A stretch of 64,000 bases of DNA from an uncultured SAR86 cluster bacterium (GTDB lineage Bacteria > Pseudomonadota > Gammaproteobacteria > Magnimaribacterales > D2472), in contig CACLXS010000004.1 of assembly GCA_902610905.1 (NCBI GenBank), positions 22,880-86,879 of the forward strand, in the 5' to 3' direction. Position 1 is the first letter of the stretch. Every line of letters begins with the position of its first letter. The position numbers were made by a program, and so were the translations under genes. Below the pieces are notes generated by a model. That model did no database searches, was not told where the DNA came from, and saw only the letters and a list, made by a program, of their open reading frames with translations. Below, piece after piece: positions 31,606 to 45,923 of this stretch.

Positions 31606-32538
31606 ATGATTTTAAAAAATGTACCATCAAATTTAGTAAATCAAAGATTGGATAAAGTTGCTACAGTACTTTTTCAAACCTATTCAAGAACGCAAATAAA
31701 AAAATGGATTTTGGAAGGAAGAGTGTTAGTAAATGGAGAAATATCAAATCCAAAAGATCTAGTTAATGAAAACGACGAAATAGAAATTAATCCTATTGAA
31801 GAAAATAAAATTTCATGGGCAGGTCAAAAAGTTGATTTTGACGTCCATTTTGAATCAGATAATTTTATTATTATTAATAAGTCGCCTGGATGTGTAATGC
31901 ACCCTGGTTCAGGTTGTAACGATGGAACATTAGCAAATGGCTTATTATATAAATATCCTAAACTAGCTAATTTGCCCAGGAGTGGAATTGTTCATAGGCT
32001 CGATAAAGATACTTCGGGTGTTTTATTGGTTGCAAAAAATGAAAAGTTTAGAAATTATTTCATACAGCTCATGCAAGAGAGAAAAATTACAAAAGAATAT
32101 ATTGCTGTCGTAGCTGGACCAACCCTTGGAAGTTTTACTATTGACTATCCAATTGGTAGAGATAAATTTAATAGAACTAAAATGGCATTAAGGTCCGATG
32201 GCAAGGATGCAATAACAAATGTTAAATTAAATCAGAGCTTAGGCAATTATTCAGTACTCGATGTCTCAATAAAAACAGGCAGGACTCATCAAATACGCGT
32301 TCATTTATCATCAAAAAAGTTGCCCATTATTGGCGATAAAACATATGATCCATCAAAGACTATAACAAAAGGATCTTCTAAAGAGTTAATAGAAATTATA
32401 AGATCATTTTCTAGACAAGCATTGCATGCAAGATTGTTATCTTTTGAATGCCCTGATACTCAAAAAAAATTATCTTTTGAAATACCTATGCCCTCTGATA
32501 TGAAAAATTTAATTTCAAGCCTAAAAAAACATTCTTAA
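31606..32538 (+). CDS. rluD: 23S rRNA pseudouridine synthase RluD
   Basis: S4 domain, GIVHRLDKDTSG, TGRTHQIRVH, RQALHA; bamD/rluD synteny. Confidence 0.9.
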   Translation: MILKNVPSNLVNQRLDKVATVLFQTYSRTQIKKWILEGRVLVNGEISNPKDLVNENDEIEINPIEENKISWAGQKVDFDVHFESDNFIIINKSPGCVMHPGSGCNDGTLANGLLYKYPKLANLPRSGIVHRLDKDTSGVLLVAKNEKFRNYFIQLMQERKITKEYIAVVAGPTLGSFTIDYPIGRDKFNRTKMALRSDGKDAITNVKLNQSLGNYSVLDVSIKTGRTHQIRVHLSSKKLPIIGDKTYDPSKTITKGSSKELIEIIRSFSRQALHARLLSFECPDTQKKLSFEIPMPSDMKNLISSLKKHS

Positions 32539-32602
32539 ATATTCTTTAAAAACTTGTTTTTTAATCATTAAAATAATATAAACGCTATTCTTATTTGTTT
32601 TT

Positions 32603-34348
32603 ATGGGTACTAAATTGAAACTTTCTGGCGCAGATATGCTAATGCGAGCACTCCACGATGAGGGTGTTGAGCTTATATTTGGTTATCCAGGCGGTGCTGC
32701 ATTGCATATATATGACGCTCTTTTTAGGCAAGATAAGATTGAACACATTCTTGTAAGGCATGAGCAAGGTGCCACACATGCTGCTGACGGTTATGCAAGA
32801 GCAACAGGTAAGCCTGGAGTTGTTTTAGTTACCTCTGGCCCTGGAGCAACAAATGCTATAACAGGTATTGCAACTGCGTTTATGGATTCGATTCCAATGG
32901 TGGTGATTTCTGGACAAGTGGCAAGCCACCTTATTGGTACAGATGCTTTTCAAGAAACAGATATGATTGGTATTTCAAGACCAGTAGTAAAGCATAGTTA
33001 TACTGTTTTTGATGCAAGTGAAATCCCAAAGATTGTTCAAGAGGCTTTTCATGTTGCAACATCCGGTAGACCTGGACCAGTTGTTATAGACATCCCTAAA
33101 GATATGACAGCTCCTGAAAATCTATTTGAATATCATTATCCAGAAAAAGCTAATATAAGATCTTATAATCCGCCAATAGAACCAGATGTGGAGCAAATTG
33201 ATAGAGCTGTAAAAGAAATCCTGAAAGCTAAAAAACCAGTTATTTATGCTGGAGGAGGTGCAATAGCTAGTAATGCAGAGGACGAGCTATTTAGACTTAA
33301 TGAAATTTTAGATGCTCCTGTAACAAATACTTTAATGGGCCTTGGCATATATCCTGCAACCCATCAACGTTTTCTTGGCATGTTAGGAATGCACGGAACA
33401 TATCAAGCAAATATGGCCATGCACAATTCTGATCTTATAATTGCGGTTGGAGCAAGGTTCGATGATCGTATAACCAATAATCCATCAAAATTTTCTCCTG
33501 ATGCTAAAGTTATCCATTTAGATGTCGATCATTCATCTGTTTCAAAAATAATTGAAGCAAACATTGCAGTATTTGGGCAAGTAAAAAATTCGTTAGCTGC
33601 AATAATTAAGGGATTAGAAAACAATCTAAATGAATATAAAAAAGAGAAATTAGAGCCATGGCATAAGCAGATAAAAAATTGGAAATCCTCTCATGGTTTG
33701 AATTATGATTTATATAAAGACGAATCAGATGACAATCCTATTCTTCCTCAGGCAGTAGTGCAGCATGTATACAACATAACAGAAGGTAGGGCTTTTGTGA
33801 CCTCAGACGTAGGTCAACATCAAATGTTTGCTGCTCAATATTATCATTTTGATGAACCAAGAAAATGGATAAATTCAGGTGGCTTAGGAACCATGGGATT
33901 TGGTTTGCCAGCAGCAATGGGTGTTAAATTAGCCTTTCCAGATGATGAGGTTTTATGTATAACTGGTGAAGGCAGCATACAAATGTGCATTCAAGAGTTG
34001 TCTACATGTCTTCAATATAATCTTCCAATTAAAATTATTAATATCAATAATGAAGCACTTGGCATGGTTAAGCAGTGGCAAGACATGAATTATGGAGGAA
34101 GACATTCTCAGAGCACTTATCAGAATTCTCTACCAGATTTTATAAAATTATCTGAGTCATATGGCCACGTTGGCATAAAAGTAGAAAAAAATTCTGAATT
34201 AAAACCTGCTTTAGAAAAAGCATTTTCTATGAAGGATAAACTGGTGTTTGTAGATGTATATGTTGATCCATCTGAGCATGTTTACCCGATGCTAGTCGCC
34301 AATCATAGTCTTGAAGATATGTGGTTATCAAAGGATAAAAAAACATGA
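32603..34348 (+). CDS. ilvI: Acetolactate synthase large subunit
   Basis: GYPGGA, RHEQGA, TSGPGATN, DVGQHQM, SGGLGTMG. Confidence 0.93.
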   Translation: MGTKLKLSGADMLMRALHDEGVELIFGYPGGAALHIYDALFRQDKIEHILVRHEQGATHAADGYARATGKPGVVLVTSGPGATNAITGIATAFMDSIPMVVISGQVASHLIGTDAFQETDMIGISRPVVKHSYTVFDASEIPKIVQEAFHVATSGRPGPVVIDIPKDMTAPENLFEYHYPEKANIRSYNPPIEPDVEQIDRAVKEILKAKKPVIYAGGGAIASNAEDELFRLNEILDAPVTNTLMGLGIYPATHQRFLGMLGMHGTYQANMAMHNSDLIIAVGARFDDRITNNPSKFSPDAKVIHLDVDHSSVSKIIEANIAVFGQVKNSLAAIIKGLENNLNEYKKEKLEPWHKQIKNWKSSHGLNYDLYKDESDDNPILPQAVVQHVYNITEGRAFVTSDVGQHQMFAAQYYHFDEPRKWINSGGLGTMGFGLPAAMGVKLAFPDDEVLCITGEGSIQMCIQELSTCLQYNLPIKIININNEALGMVKQWQDMNYGGRHSQSTYQNSLPDFIKLSESYGHVGIKVEKNSELKPALEKAFSMKDKLVFVDVYVDPSEHVYPMLVANHSLEDMWLSKDKKT

Positions 34349-34674
34349 TAAAAAGAAAATTAATTTTGATCATGGAAAACAAGCCTGGAGCTTTAGTCAG
34401 AGTTGTTGGTTTATTTCATCAAAGAGGATATAACATTGAAAGTCTTCATGTTGATCCAGTAGATGATTTCACACCTTATAAATTTATAGAGGATGAACTA
34501 GAAACAAAATTTAAAAATAATGAAATTTCTAGGTTAACTATACAAACATTAGTTTCCGATTCTCTCATGAGACAAATATTAAGACAGCTAAACAAATTAA
34601 TAGATGTTATTGCTGTCAGCAACGAAGAAACAACATACTTAAAAGGAGTTTTGTTAGATGAAAATTTATTATGA
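34345..34674 (+). CDS. ilvH: Acetolactate synthase small (regulatory) subunit, ACT domain only
   Basis: [32 protein letters not shown]; between ilvI and ilvC. Confidence 0.88.
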   Translation: MIKRKLILIMENKPGALVRVVGLFHQRGYNIESLHVDPVDDFTPYKFIEDELETKFKNNEISRLTIQTLVSDSLMRQILRQLNKLIDVIAVSNEETTYLKGVLLDENLL

Positions 34675-35701
34675 AGATGACGCAAACATAGAAATAATTC
34701 AGAACATGAATGTAACCATCATCGGTTACGGTTCTCAGGGACATGCTCATGCAAATAATTTACATGAATCAGGAGTGGATGTAACAGTTGCTCTTAGAGA
34801 AGGCTCATCATCATGGAAAAAAGCTGAAGAGGCTGGATTAATGGTAAGTTCTGTATCAGAATCTGTTAAAGATGCAGACCTGGTTATGATTTTAGCACCA
34901 GACGAATTTCAAAAAGACATCTATGAATCTGAGGTAAAACCTAATTTGAAACAGGATGCTATTTTAGCATTCGCTCATGGGTTTAACATTCATTTTGAAA
35001 AAATCACACCACCTGAGACTAATAGTGTCATCATGATTGCACCAAAAGGTCCAGGTCATACCGTGCGCAGCACATATATTAATGGAGGCGGAGTACCTTC
35101 TTTGATAGCTGTCTATAGAGATTCTATAAACAGTAATGAATTTTCGGCTAGGGATGTTGCTCTTTCATATGCAAAAGCAAATGGAGGAACAAGAGCTGGG
35201 GTACTTGAAACATCTTTCAAAGAAGAAACAGAAACAGATTTATTTGGGGAGCAAGCTGTTTTATGTGGAGGTATTACAGCTTTGATAAAAGCAGGCTATG
35301 AAACACTTGTTGAAGCTGGCTATAGTCCTGAGATGGCATACTTTGAATGTTTACATGAAACTAAATTAATAACTGACTTAATTCAAGAGGGTGGAATAGC
35401 AAACATGCATTATTCAATTTCAAATACAGCTGAATATGGTGACTACCTAAGTGGCCCTAAAGTCATTACGGATAAAACTAAAGAAGCAATGAAAGAAATT
35501 CTTGAAAATATTCAATCAGGAAACTTTGCAAATGAGTTTCTAAATGACTGTAGACAGAGCAATGATGGCTCTGGCGGACCCTTTATGAAAACTAATAGAG
35601 AGGCAACAAAATCACACCCCATAGAAGAGGTTGGAAAGGAACTTAGATCGAAGATGAAATTCCTTAATTCTCAGAAATTAGTAGACAAAGAAATTAATTA
35701 A
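34658..35701 (+). CDS. ilvC: Ketol-acid reductoisomerase
   Basis: [36 protein letters not shown]. Confidence 0.97.
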   Translation: MKIYYEDDANIEIIQNMNVTIIGYGSQGHAHANNLHESGVDVTVALREGSSSWKKAEEAGLMVSSVSESVKDADLVMILAPDEFQKDIYESEVKPNLKQDAILAFAHGFNIHFEKITPPETNSVIMIAPKGPGHTVRSTYINGGGVPSLIAVYRDSINSNEFSARDVALSYAKANGGTRAGVLETSFKEETETDLFGEQAVLCGGITALIKAGYETLVEAGYSPEMAYFECLHETKLITDLIQEGGIANMHYSISNTAEYGDYLSGPKVITDKTKEAMKEILENIQSGNFANEFLNDCRQSNDGSGGPFMKTNREATKSHPIEEVGKELRSKMKFLNSQKLVDKEIN

Positions 35702-35742
35702 AATTAATTAAAAAAAGGGTATCTTCTTGGCAATATCTTAGT

Positions 35743-35783
35743 TAGAATACGCGTCCGTCCTTGAGACGGTTGTTCTTTAAAAA
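35743..35783 (+). promoter_or_regulatory. rRNA operon -10/discriminator and boxA antiterminator
   Basis: TAGAAT followed by GC-rich ACGCGTCC; TGTTCTTTAAAAA (35771) resembles boxA; -35 is weak. Confidence 0.55.
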
Positions 35784-35865
35784 TATTTGGTTACTCGTGT
35801 GGGTGTTCAAAATACGAGAAAAAAAAATTTAGATTTTTATATTAAAAATCAATAAACATGATAAA

Positions 35866-37400
<1,535 letters not shown>

Positions 37401-37599
37401 ACGAAAAATTCGCGTTTTAAACGCCCACACGAGTAATCAAATATTAATAAACAACATTTAGTTATGTAAAATTATTGGTATGTAATTTTCTAGTGTATGC
37501 AAATGCATACATAAGATCACTGCAATTAAAAAGTAATTAATAATATTTTATTAAGTTACTCTCAAAAAAATAATTAAGTAACCTTTTTTAAGGTTATAT

Positions 37600-40489
<2,890 letters not shown>

Positions 40490-40562
40490 TGTAACCTTAA
40501 GAATGGTTATAAGATTTGAGTAACATTGTAGTGAAAAAATAAATAAAAGTTACATACCAGTT

Positions 40563-40680
40563 TGCCTGATGACAATAGCAACTTGGAACCACCTGATCCC
40601 ATCTCGAACTCAGAAGTGAAACGGGTTTACGCCAATGGTAGTGCAGGGTCTCCCTGTGTGAGAGTAGGAAATCGTCAGGC
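40563..40680 (+). rRNA. rrf: 5S rRNA
   Basis: TGCCTGATGAC...CCACCTGATCCCAT..CGAACTCAGAAGTGAAAC...GTCAGGC. Confidence 0.97.
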
Positions 40681-40690
40681 TTTTTTCTTT

Positions 40691-40725
40691 AAGGCTTCTA
40701 GGTAATCTAGAAGCCTTTTTTTTTT
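40691..40725 (+). terminator. Intrinsic terminator of the rRNA operon
   Basis: AAGGCTTCTAG-GTAAT-CTAGAAGCCTT perfect 11-bp stem plus T-tract. Confidence 0.9.
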
Positions 40726-40744
40726 ACTTTAGTATAATGCCAAT

Positions 40745-41341
40745 ATGATTATTGGGTTAACTGGTGGAATTGGATCTGGAAAATCAGCAGCTGCATCTGT
40801 ATTTAAAGATTTAGGTATAGATTTAATAGACGCTGATGATCTCGCTAGAGACTCTTTAAATATCAATTCAAAGGGGTATAAATTATTTATTAATGAATTT
40901 GGTGAAAAATATCTTGATGAAAATAAAGATATTAATCGAGAATTATTAAGAAAAGATATTTTTAATGATCCTGCCACAAAAATAAAACTAGAGAATATAA
41001 TTCATCCTTTTGTAAGATCTGGTATTCAAGATTTTATAAATAGCTCAAAATCTGATTATTGTATTATTGTCGTACCCTTAATATATGAAACAAGCTCCTC
41101 TGAACTTTATGACAGGATTTTAGTTATAGATTGTGATGTTGATATTCAGATTGAAAGAACATCTAAAAGAGACAATCAAACTATAAGTCAAATAGAAAAC
41201 ATACTTGATAAACAAGCTACAAGAGAAGAAAGAATAAGCATTGCTGACGAAGTTATTTTGAATAATGGTTCTATAGAGCATTTAAGAAAATCTGTTTTAA
41301 ATATTCATAGAAAGTACATGGAGATTGTTAAAAATGGCTAA
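40745..41341 (+). CDS. coaE: Dephospho-CoA kinase
   Basis: GLTGGIGSGKS, IDAD, LENIIHP, VPLIYE. Confidence 0.95.
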   Translation: MIIGLTGGIGSGKSAAASVFKDLGIDLIDADDLARDSLNINSKGYKLFINEFGEKYLDENKDINRELLRKDIFNDPATKIKLENIIHPFVRSGIQDFINSSKSDYCIIVVPLIYETSSSELYDRILVIDCDVDIQIERTSKRDNQTISQIENILDKQATREERISIADEVILNNGSIEHLRKSVLNIHRKYMEIVKNG

Positions 41342-41498
41342 GTGTCCAAGGTGTGAAAAAAAAGTAGATTTAACTATCAAAAATGAGCACAGGCCTTTTT
41401 GTTCAGAAAAATGCAAATTAATAGATTTTGGTTCTTGGGCTAACGAAGACAATAAAATCTCAAGACCAATTCAATCTGAAGACTTTTATGAGGATTAA
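41334..41498 (+). CDS. yacG: DNA gyrase inhibitor YacG (54 aa; absent from the supplied ORF track)
   Basis: Read by hand: MAKCPRCEKK...RPFCSEKCKLIDFGSWANE; overlaps the coaE stop, matching coaE-yacG synteny. Confidence 0.9.
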   Translation: MAKCPRCEKKVDLTIKNEHRPFCSEKCKLIDFGSWANEDNKISRPIQSEDFYED

Positions 41499-41516
41499 TT
41501 GATTATAAAACTTAGG

Positions 41517-44243
41517 TTAAATAATTTTCCAATCACCTGAATCAATTAAAGGCTGAGCTTTTTTAAATTTAATTTCTTTAGTTTCCTTACCATTTGAAAT
41601 TTTAACAATATCGTTCCTTCCAACCTTAGGTTCATTTCTTGTAATTGTTTTGATGTCTTCAACTGGCTGAGGTTCATTTACAGTTTCATTAATTACAGAG
41701 GGCGAATTATCTTTTTGTAATTTGATATCTTGAACATCTTGTTCTGGCGATAATGAATTAAGGTTTTCATGATTTTTTATTTGCAGACTAAATAATATTC
41801 TTACTGTTTCACTGTTAATTTCATCAAGCATATTTTCAAACATTGAATATGCCTCTCTTTTAAATTCATTTTTCGGATTTTTTTGAGCATATGCGCGCAA
41901 TCCTATGCTTCCCCTTAAATGATCAATCTCAGATAAGTGCTCTTTCCAGTGGACATCGAGAACTTGGAGCATGACTTGTTTTTCTAATAACACTCTATCA
42001 CTACCAATAGCTTGATATTTATTTTTATATGACTCTTTAGCAATTTCAATAATTTTTGAGCCAATTGATTCTGGTATTAAAGATTTATCATCTTTAACAA
42101 TTTGATGAATATTGGTATGCAGAGAGTAAGATTCACTTAAGTAATCATCCAGCTCTTTTGTTTTCCATTGGGGCTCTATAGATTCTATTGGTACATATGT
42201 ATTTGAAATAGACTTAAACTGATCTTCAATAAGTATATCTATCGACTCTGATATATTTTCCTCTTCTAGTAGCTGATTCCTTAATAAGTATATTGCCTGC
42301 CTTTGATCATTTGAAACATCGTCATATTCAAGAAGGTTTTTCCTAGCGTCAAAATTTTTATTTTCGATTCTTTTTTGAGCATTTTCAATTCCTCTTGAAA
42401 GCATTTTATGCTCAATATGATCATCACCCATACCAATTTTTTCAAAAAGACTCCTTCTGCTATCTGATATAAATAGTCTTAATAAATCATCCTCTAAAGA
42501 TAAAAAGAATCTTGAGTAACCTGGATCTCCTTGTCTTCCTGATCTTCCTCTTAATTGATTATCAATTCTTCTAGATTCATGTCTTTCTGTTCCTAAAATA
42601 TGTAGGCCGCCTGACGATAAAACTAATTTATTATTTTCTTTCCAGTCTACTTCATTTTGATCTTCTTTTTTGCCACCAAGAACAATATCAGTTCCTCTTC
42701 CTGCCATATTTGTAGCAATGGTGACCATTTTTGGCTTTCCTGCATTTGCAATTATTTGTGCCTCTTTTTCATGGTGCTTTGCATTCAAGATTTGATGTGG
42801 AATTTTTTTTAATTTTAAAAGCTCAGATATTTCTTCAGAAGATTCTACAGAAACAGTGCCAACTAGTATGGGTGCCGATTTTGATCTTATTGATTCAATT
42901 TCTTCTACAAGAGCATTGTATTTGGCTTTTTTTGTAAGAAAAACGAGGTCATTATGATCTTCTCTTATCATAGGAACATTAGTTGGTATGATGATGACAT
43001 CTAGCTTATATATTTGTTTGAATTCAACAGCTTCTGTATCAGCAGTACCAGTCATTCCTGATAATGTATTAAACAATCTAAAAAAGTTTTGAAAGGTAGT
43101 AGACGCAAGTGTCTGCGACTCTCTTTGTATGGGAACATTTTCTTTACATTCCAATGCTTGATGAACTCCTTCACTCATCCTTCTTCCAGGCATCGTTCTT
43201 CCTGTGTGCTCATCTATAAGCAGGACTTCGTTATTTCTTACAAGATAATGGATATTTTTTTTAAATAAGAAATTAGCTCTAAGTGTAGCTTGTACAAATT
43301 TCATAATTTTTAAATTTGAAATTGAATACAGACCCTCTGATGAACCAATAACTCCAGCTCTTTCTAATAGCTCTTCAACCAAGATATAACCATCATCAGT
43401 AAGCTCAACACTTCTATTCTTTTCGTCAATTAAATAATGTCCTTTTTCATGGTCTTTTAGAGGATCTTCATCACTACCTTCTCTTAGCTGCATTGTAAGA
43501 CTCGGTATAAATTTTTTAATTTGCTTGTACATTTCCGAACTTTCAGAAGATGGACCTGAAATTATTAATGGAGTTCTTGCTTCATCTATTAAAATAGAAT
43601 CAACCTCATCAATTACAGCAAAATCAAGAGAACATTGAACTCTATTTTCACTTGATAAAGCCATATTGTCTCTAAGATAGTCAAAGCCAAGTTCATTATT
43701 TGTTGCGTATATGACATCAGCTTTATAGGATTTGATTTTCTCATCTAATTCTTGATTAGATATAACTACCCCAACTGTTAACCCTAAAAACTCATAGATT
43801 GGTCTCATCCATTCAGCGTCTCTTTTTGCAAGATAATCGTTAACAGTAACCAATATTGCTTTATTACCTATAACTGAATTTAGATAAGATGGTAATGTTG
43901 CTACAAGAGTCTTCCCCTCACCAGTTTTCATTTCTGCAATATTCCCATCAGCAAGAGAAATTCCTCCAAGCATTTGAGAATCAAAATGCCTAAGCCCTAT
44001 TGTTCGTTTAGAGGCCTCTCGAACTGCTGCAAATGCAAAAGGTAAAATGCTGTATATGTCCTTATTATTTTCTAGATATTTTTTATAAAGAGTATCTTTT
44101 AAAGTTTTAAAATGTTCATCACTTTCTTTGGATAGTTTATCTTCAAGAGAATTAGCCTGATGAACATGACGCATCATTTTTTTTATGGTTCTGTCATTGC
44201 TAGAACCAAAAAGTACAGAAAAAGGATTAAGTATATATTTCAT
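41517..44243 (-). CDS. secA: Preprotein translocase ATPase SecA
   Basis: MKTGEGKT, DEVDSILIDEARTPLIISG, ESRRIDNQLRGRSGRQGDPG. Confidence 0.98.
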   Translation of the reverse strand: MKYILNPFSVLFGSSNDRTIKKMMRHVHQANSLEDKLSKESDEHFKTLKDTLYKKYLENNKDIYSILPFAFAAVREASKRTIGLRHFDSQMLGGISLADGNIAEMKTGEGKTLVATLPSYLNSVIGNKAILVTVNDYLAKRDAEWMRPIYEFLGLTVGVVISNQELDEKIKSYKADVIYATNNELGFDYLRDNMALSSENRVQCSLDFAVIDEVDSILIDEARTPLIISGPSSESSEMYKQIKKFIPSLTMQLREGSDEDPLKDHEKGHYLIDEKNRSVELTDDGYILVEELLERAGVIGSSEGLYSISNLKIMKFVQATLRANFLFKKNIHYLVRNNEVLLIDEHTGRTMPGRRMSEGVHQALECKENVPIQRESQTLASTTFQNFFRLFNTLSGMTGTADTEAVEFKQIYKLDVIIIPTNVPMIREDHNDLVFLTKKAKYNALVEEIESIRSKSAPILVGTVSVESSEEISELLKLKKIPHQILNAKHHEKEAQIIANAGKPKMVTIATNMAGRGTDIVLGGKKEDQNEVDWKENNKLVLSSGGLHILGTERHESRRIDNQLRGRSGRQGDPGYSRFFLSLEDDLLRLFISDSRRSLFEKIGMGDDHIEHKMLSRGIENAQKRIENKNFDARKNLLEYDDVSNDQRQAIYLLRNQLLEEENISESIDILIEDQFKSISNTYVPIESIEPQWKTKELDDYLSESYSLHTNIHQIVKDDKSLIPESIGSKIIEIAKESYKNKYQAIGSDRVLLEKQVMLQVLDVHWKEHLSEIDHLRGSIGLRAYAQKNPKNEFKREAYSMFENMLDEINSETVRILFSLQIKNHENLNSLSPEQDVQDIKLQKDNSPSVINETVNEPQPVEDIKTITRNEPKVGRNDIVKISNGKETKEIKFKKAQPLIDSGDWKII

Positions 44244-44264
44244 TACAACTTATGAAAGTTATTA

Positions 44265-45179
44265 TTAAATGTCTCCAAAAGGAGGCCTTACATATGAAAT
44301 AGGGGCATTTTCTGAATTTTCAAATTCAACCACCTCATAGGCGTCATTGTCTTCAATAATTTTTCTTAATAATTGATTGTTTAAAGCATGGCCAGATTTA
44401 TATCCAGAAAATTGACCAATTAAATTTCCACCAAGTAAATATAAATCACCAATAGCATCTAACATTTTATGTTTGACAATCTCATCGTTAAACCTGAGTC
44501 CTTCTTCATTTAGAATTTCTTCTTCTCCAAAAACTATTGCATTAGAAACACTAGCACCTAAAGCTAAATTTTTTGACTGTAATAATTCCTTCTCATTCCA
44601 AGATCCAAACGTTCTAGCTCTGCAAACTTCTTTAACAAAAGAGGTTGAAGAAAAATCAATAATAGATTCACTAGGAAGTTTTTTGTGAACAGGATGATCA
44701 AAATCTACTTTGAAAGAAACTTTAAATCCATTAAATGGCTTAATGGAGGCATATGCATCATCTCTGGTAACAGAAATCTCTTTTTTCACCTTTATAAATT
44801 TTTTGAGTGCATCTTGATCCTGAAGACCTGCTGATTGAATTAAAAAAACAAAAGGACTGGAACTGCCATCCATTATTGGAACCTCAGGACCGTTTACTTT
44901 CACAACACAATTATCAACACCTAAACCAGCAATGGCTGATAATAAGTGTTCAATTGTTGAAATTTTTATATCATCCTTAATCAAGGCAGTTGATAGACTA
45001 GTATCTCCAACATTTTCTGCTATGGCTGGTATTAAGAAATCTTCACTAACATCTGTTCTTATAAAACTAATACCAGTATTAATCTCAGCAGGAAGAAGCT
45101 CCATAGAAATATTTTTGCCAGTATGAAGTCCTATGCCTACTGCTTTTATTGGATTTCTTAGTGTTCTTTGTTTTAGCAT
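44265..45179 (-). CDS. lpxC: UDP-3-O-acyl-N-acetylglucosamine deacetylase
   Basis: [36 protein letters not shown]. Confidence 0.97.
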   Translation of the reverse strand: MLKQRTLRNPIKAVGIGLHTGKNISMELLPAEINTGISFIRTDVSEDFLIPAIAENVGDTSLSTALIKDDIKISTIEHLLSAIAGLGVDNCVVKVNGPEVPIMDGSSSPFVFLIQSAGLQDQDALKKFIKVKKEISVTRDDAYASIKPFNGFKVSFKVDFDHPVHKKLPSESIIDFSSTSFVKEVCRARTFGSWNEKELLQSKNLALGASVSNAIVFGEEEILNEEGLRFNDEIVKHKMLDAIGDLYLLGGNLIGQFSGYKSGHALNNQLLRKIIEDNDAYEVVEFENSENAPISYVRPPFGDI

Positions 45180-45187
45180 TATATTTT

Positions 45188-45910
45188 TTATTTTATTTGA
45201 CGCTGCCTATTAGCTTCGGAGAGTATTATCCCAGTTGCAACAGAAACATTAAAGCTTTTAAATAGTTTATTATTGCTTAGATTAATTTTAAAGTCGCAGC
45301 TTTCCAAAGTCTTTTCTCTAATGCCAGATTCTTCTGCGCCCATAATAATTGCACTTGGGCTTGTAAAATTACATTCTAAGTGGCTTTCTTTAGCATGTTC
45401 GCTAAGACCATATATATTAACGTTTGATTCCTTAAGAAATTTTAAACAGTTAACAAGGTTTGTAACATGAAAAATTTTTATAACTTCAACTCCTCCTGCT
45501 GAAACTTTGTGAGCAACTGAATTTATTGGCGCACAATGATGCTTATTTATAATTAGCGCATCAACTCCAATTACTGCAGCTGACCTTATGCAAGCGCCAA
45601 GATTCCTTGGATCAATAATATTATCAAGAATCAAAATAAGAGGTTTTGTAACTTCTAAACTGAGAAAATTTTTAAGATCTTTAAAATTTAATTCATTTTC
45701 ATTAACAATTATTGCTTCAGGTTCTTGTTTTAGCTTTGAAGACAAGTCATATTTAATACTATTTTTTTCCAACGCAAGAACTAATGATGAAATTCTTTGA
45801 TCATTTCTATTTGCTGGCAATGTAACTTTCTTTATTTTATGAGGATTATTACTAAGAATGCTTTCAATACTATGAAAGCCTACACGTAAGCTATTTTCTT
45901 TTTTATTCAT
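45188..45910 (-). CDS. rlmB: 23S rRNA (guanosine2251-2'-O)-methyltransferase RlmB
   Basis: [32 protein letters not shown]; follows rnr; ATG at 45910 preferred. Confidence 0.88.
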   Translation of the reverse strand: MNKKENSLRVGFHSIESILSNNPHKIKKVTLPANRNDQRISSLVLALEKNSIKYDLSSKLKQEPEAIIVNENELNFKDLKNFLSLEVTKPLILILDNIIDPRNLGACIRSAAVIGVDALIINKHHCAPINSVAHKVSAGGVEVIKIFHVTNLVNCLKFLKESNVNIYGLSEHAKESHLECNFTSPSAIIMGAEESGIREKTLESCDFKINLSNNKLFKSFNVSVATGIILSEANRQRQIK

Positions 45911-45923
45911 TTTTTTACAAATC

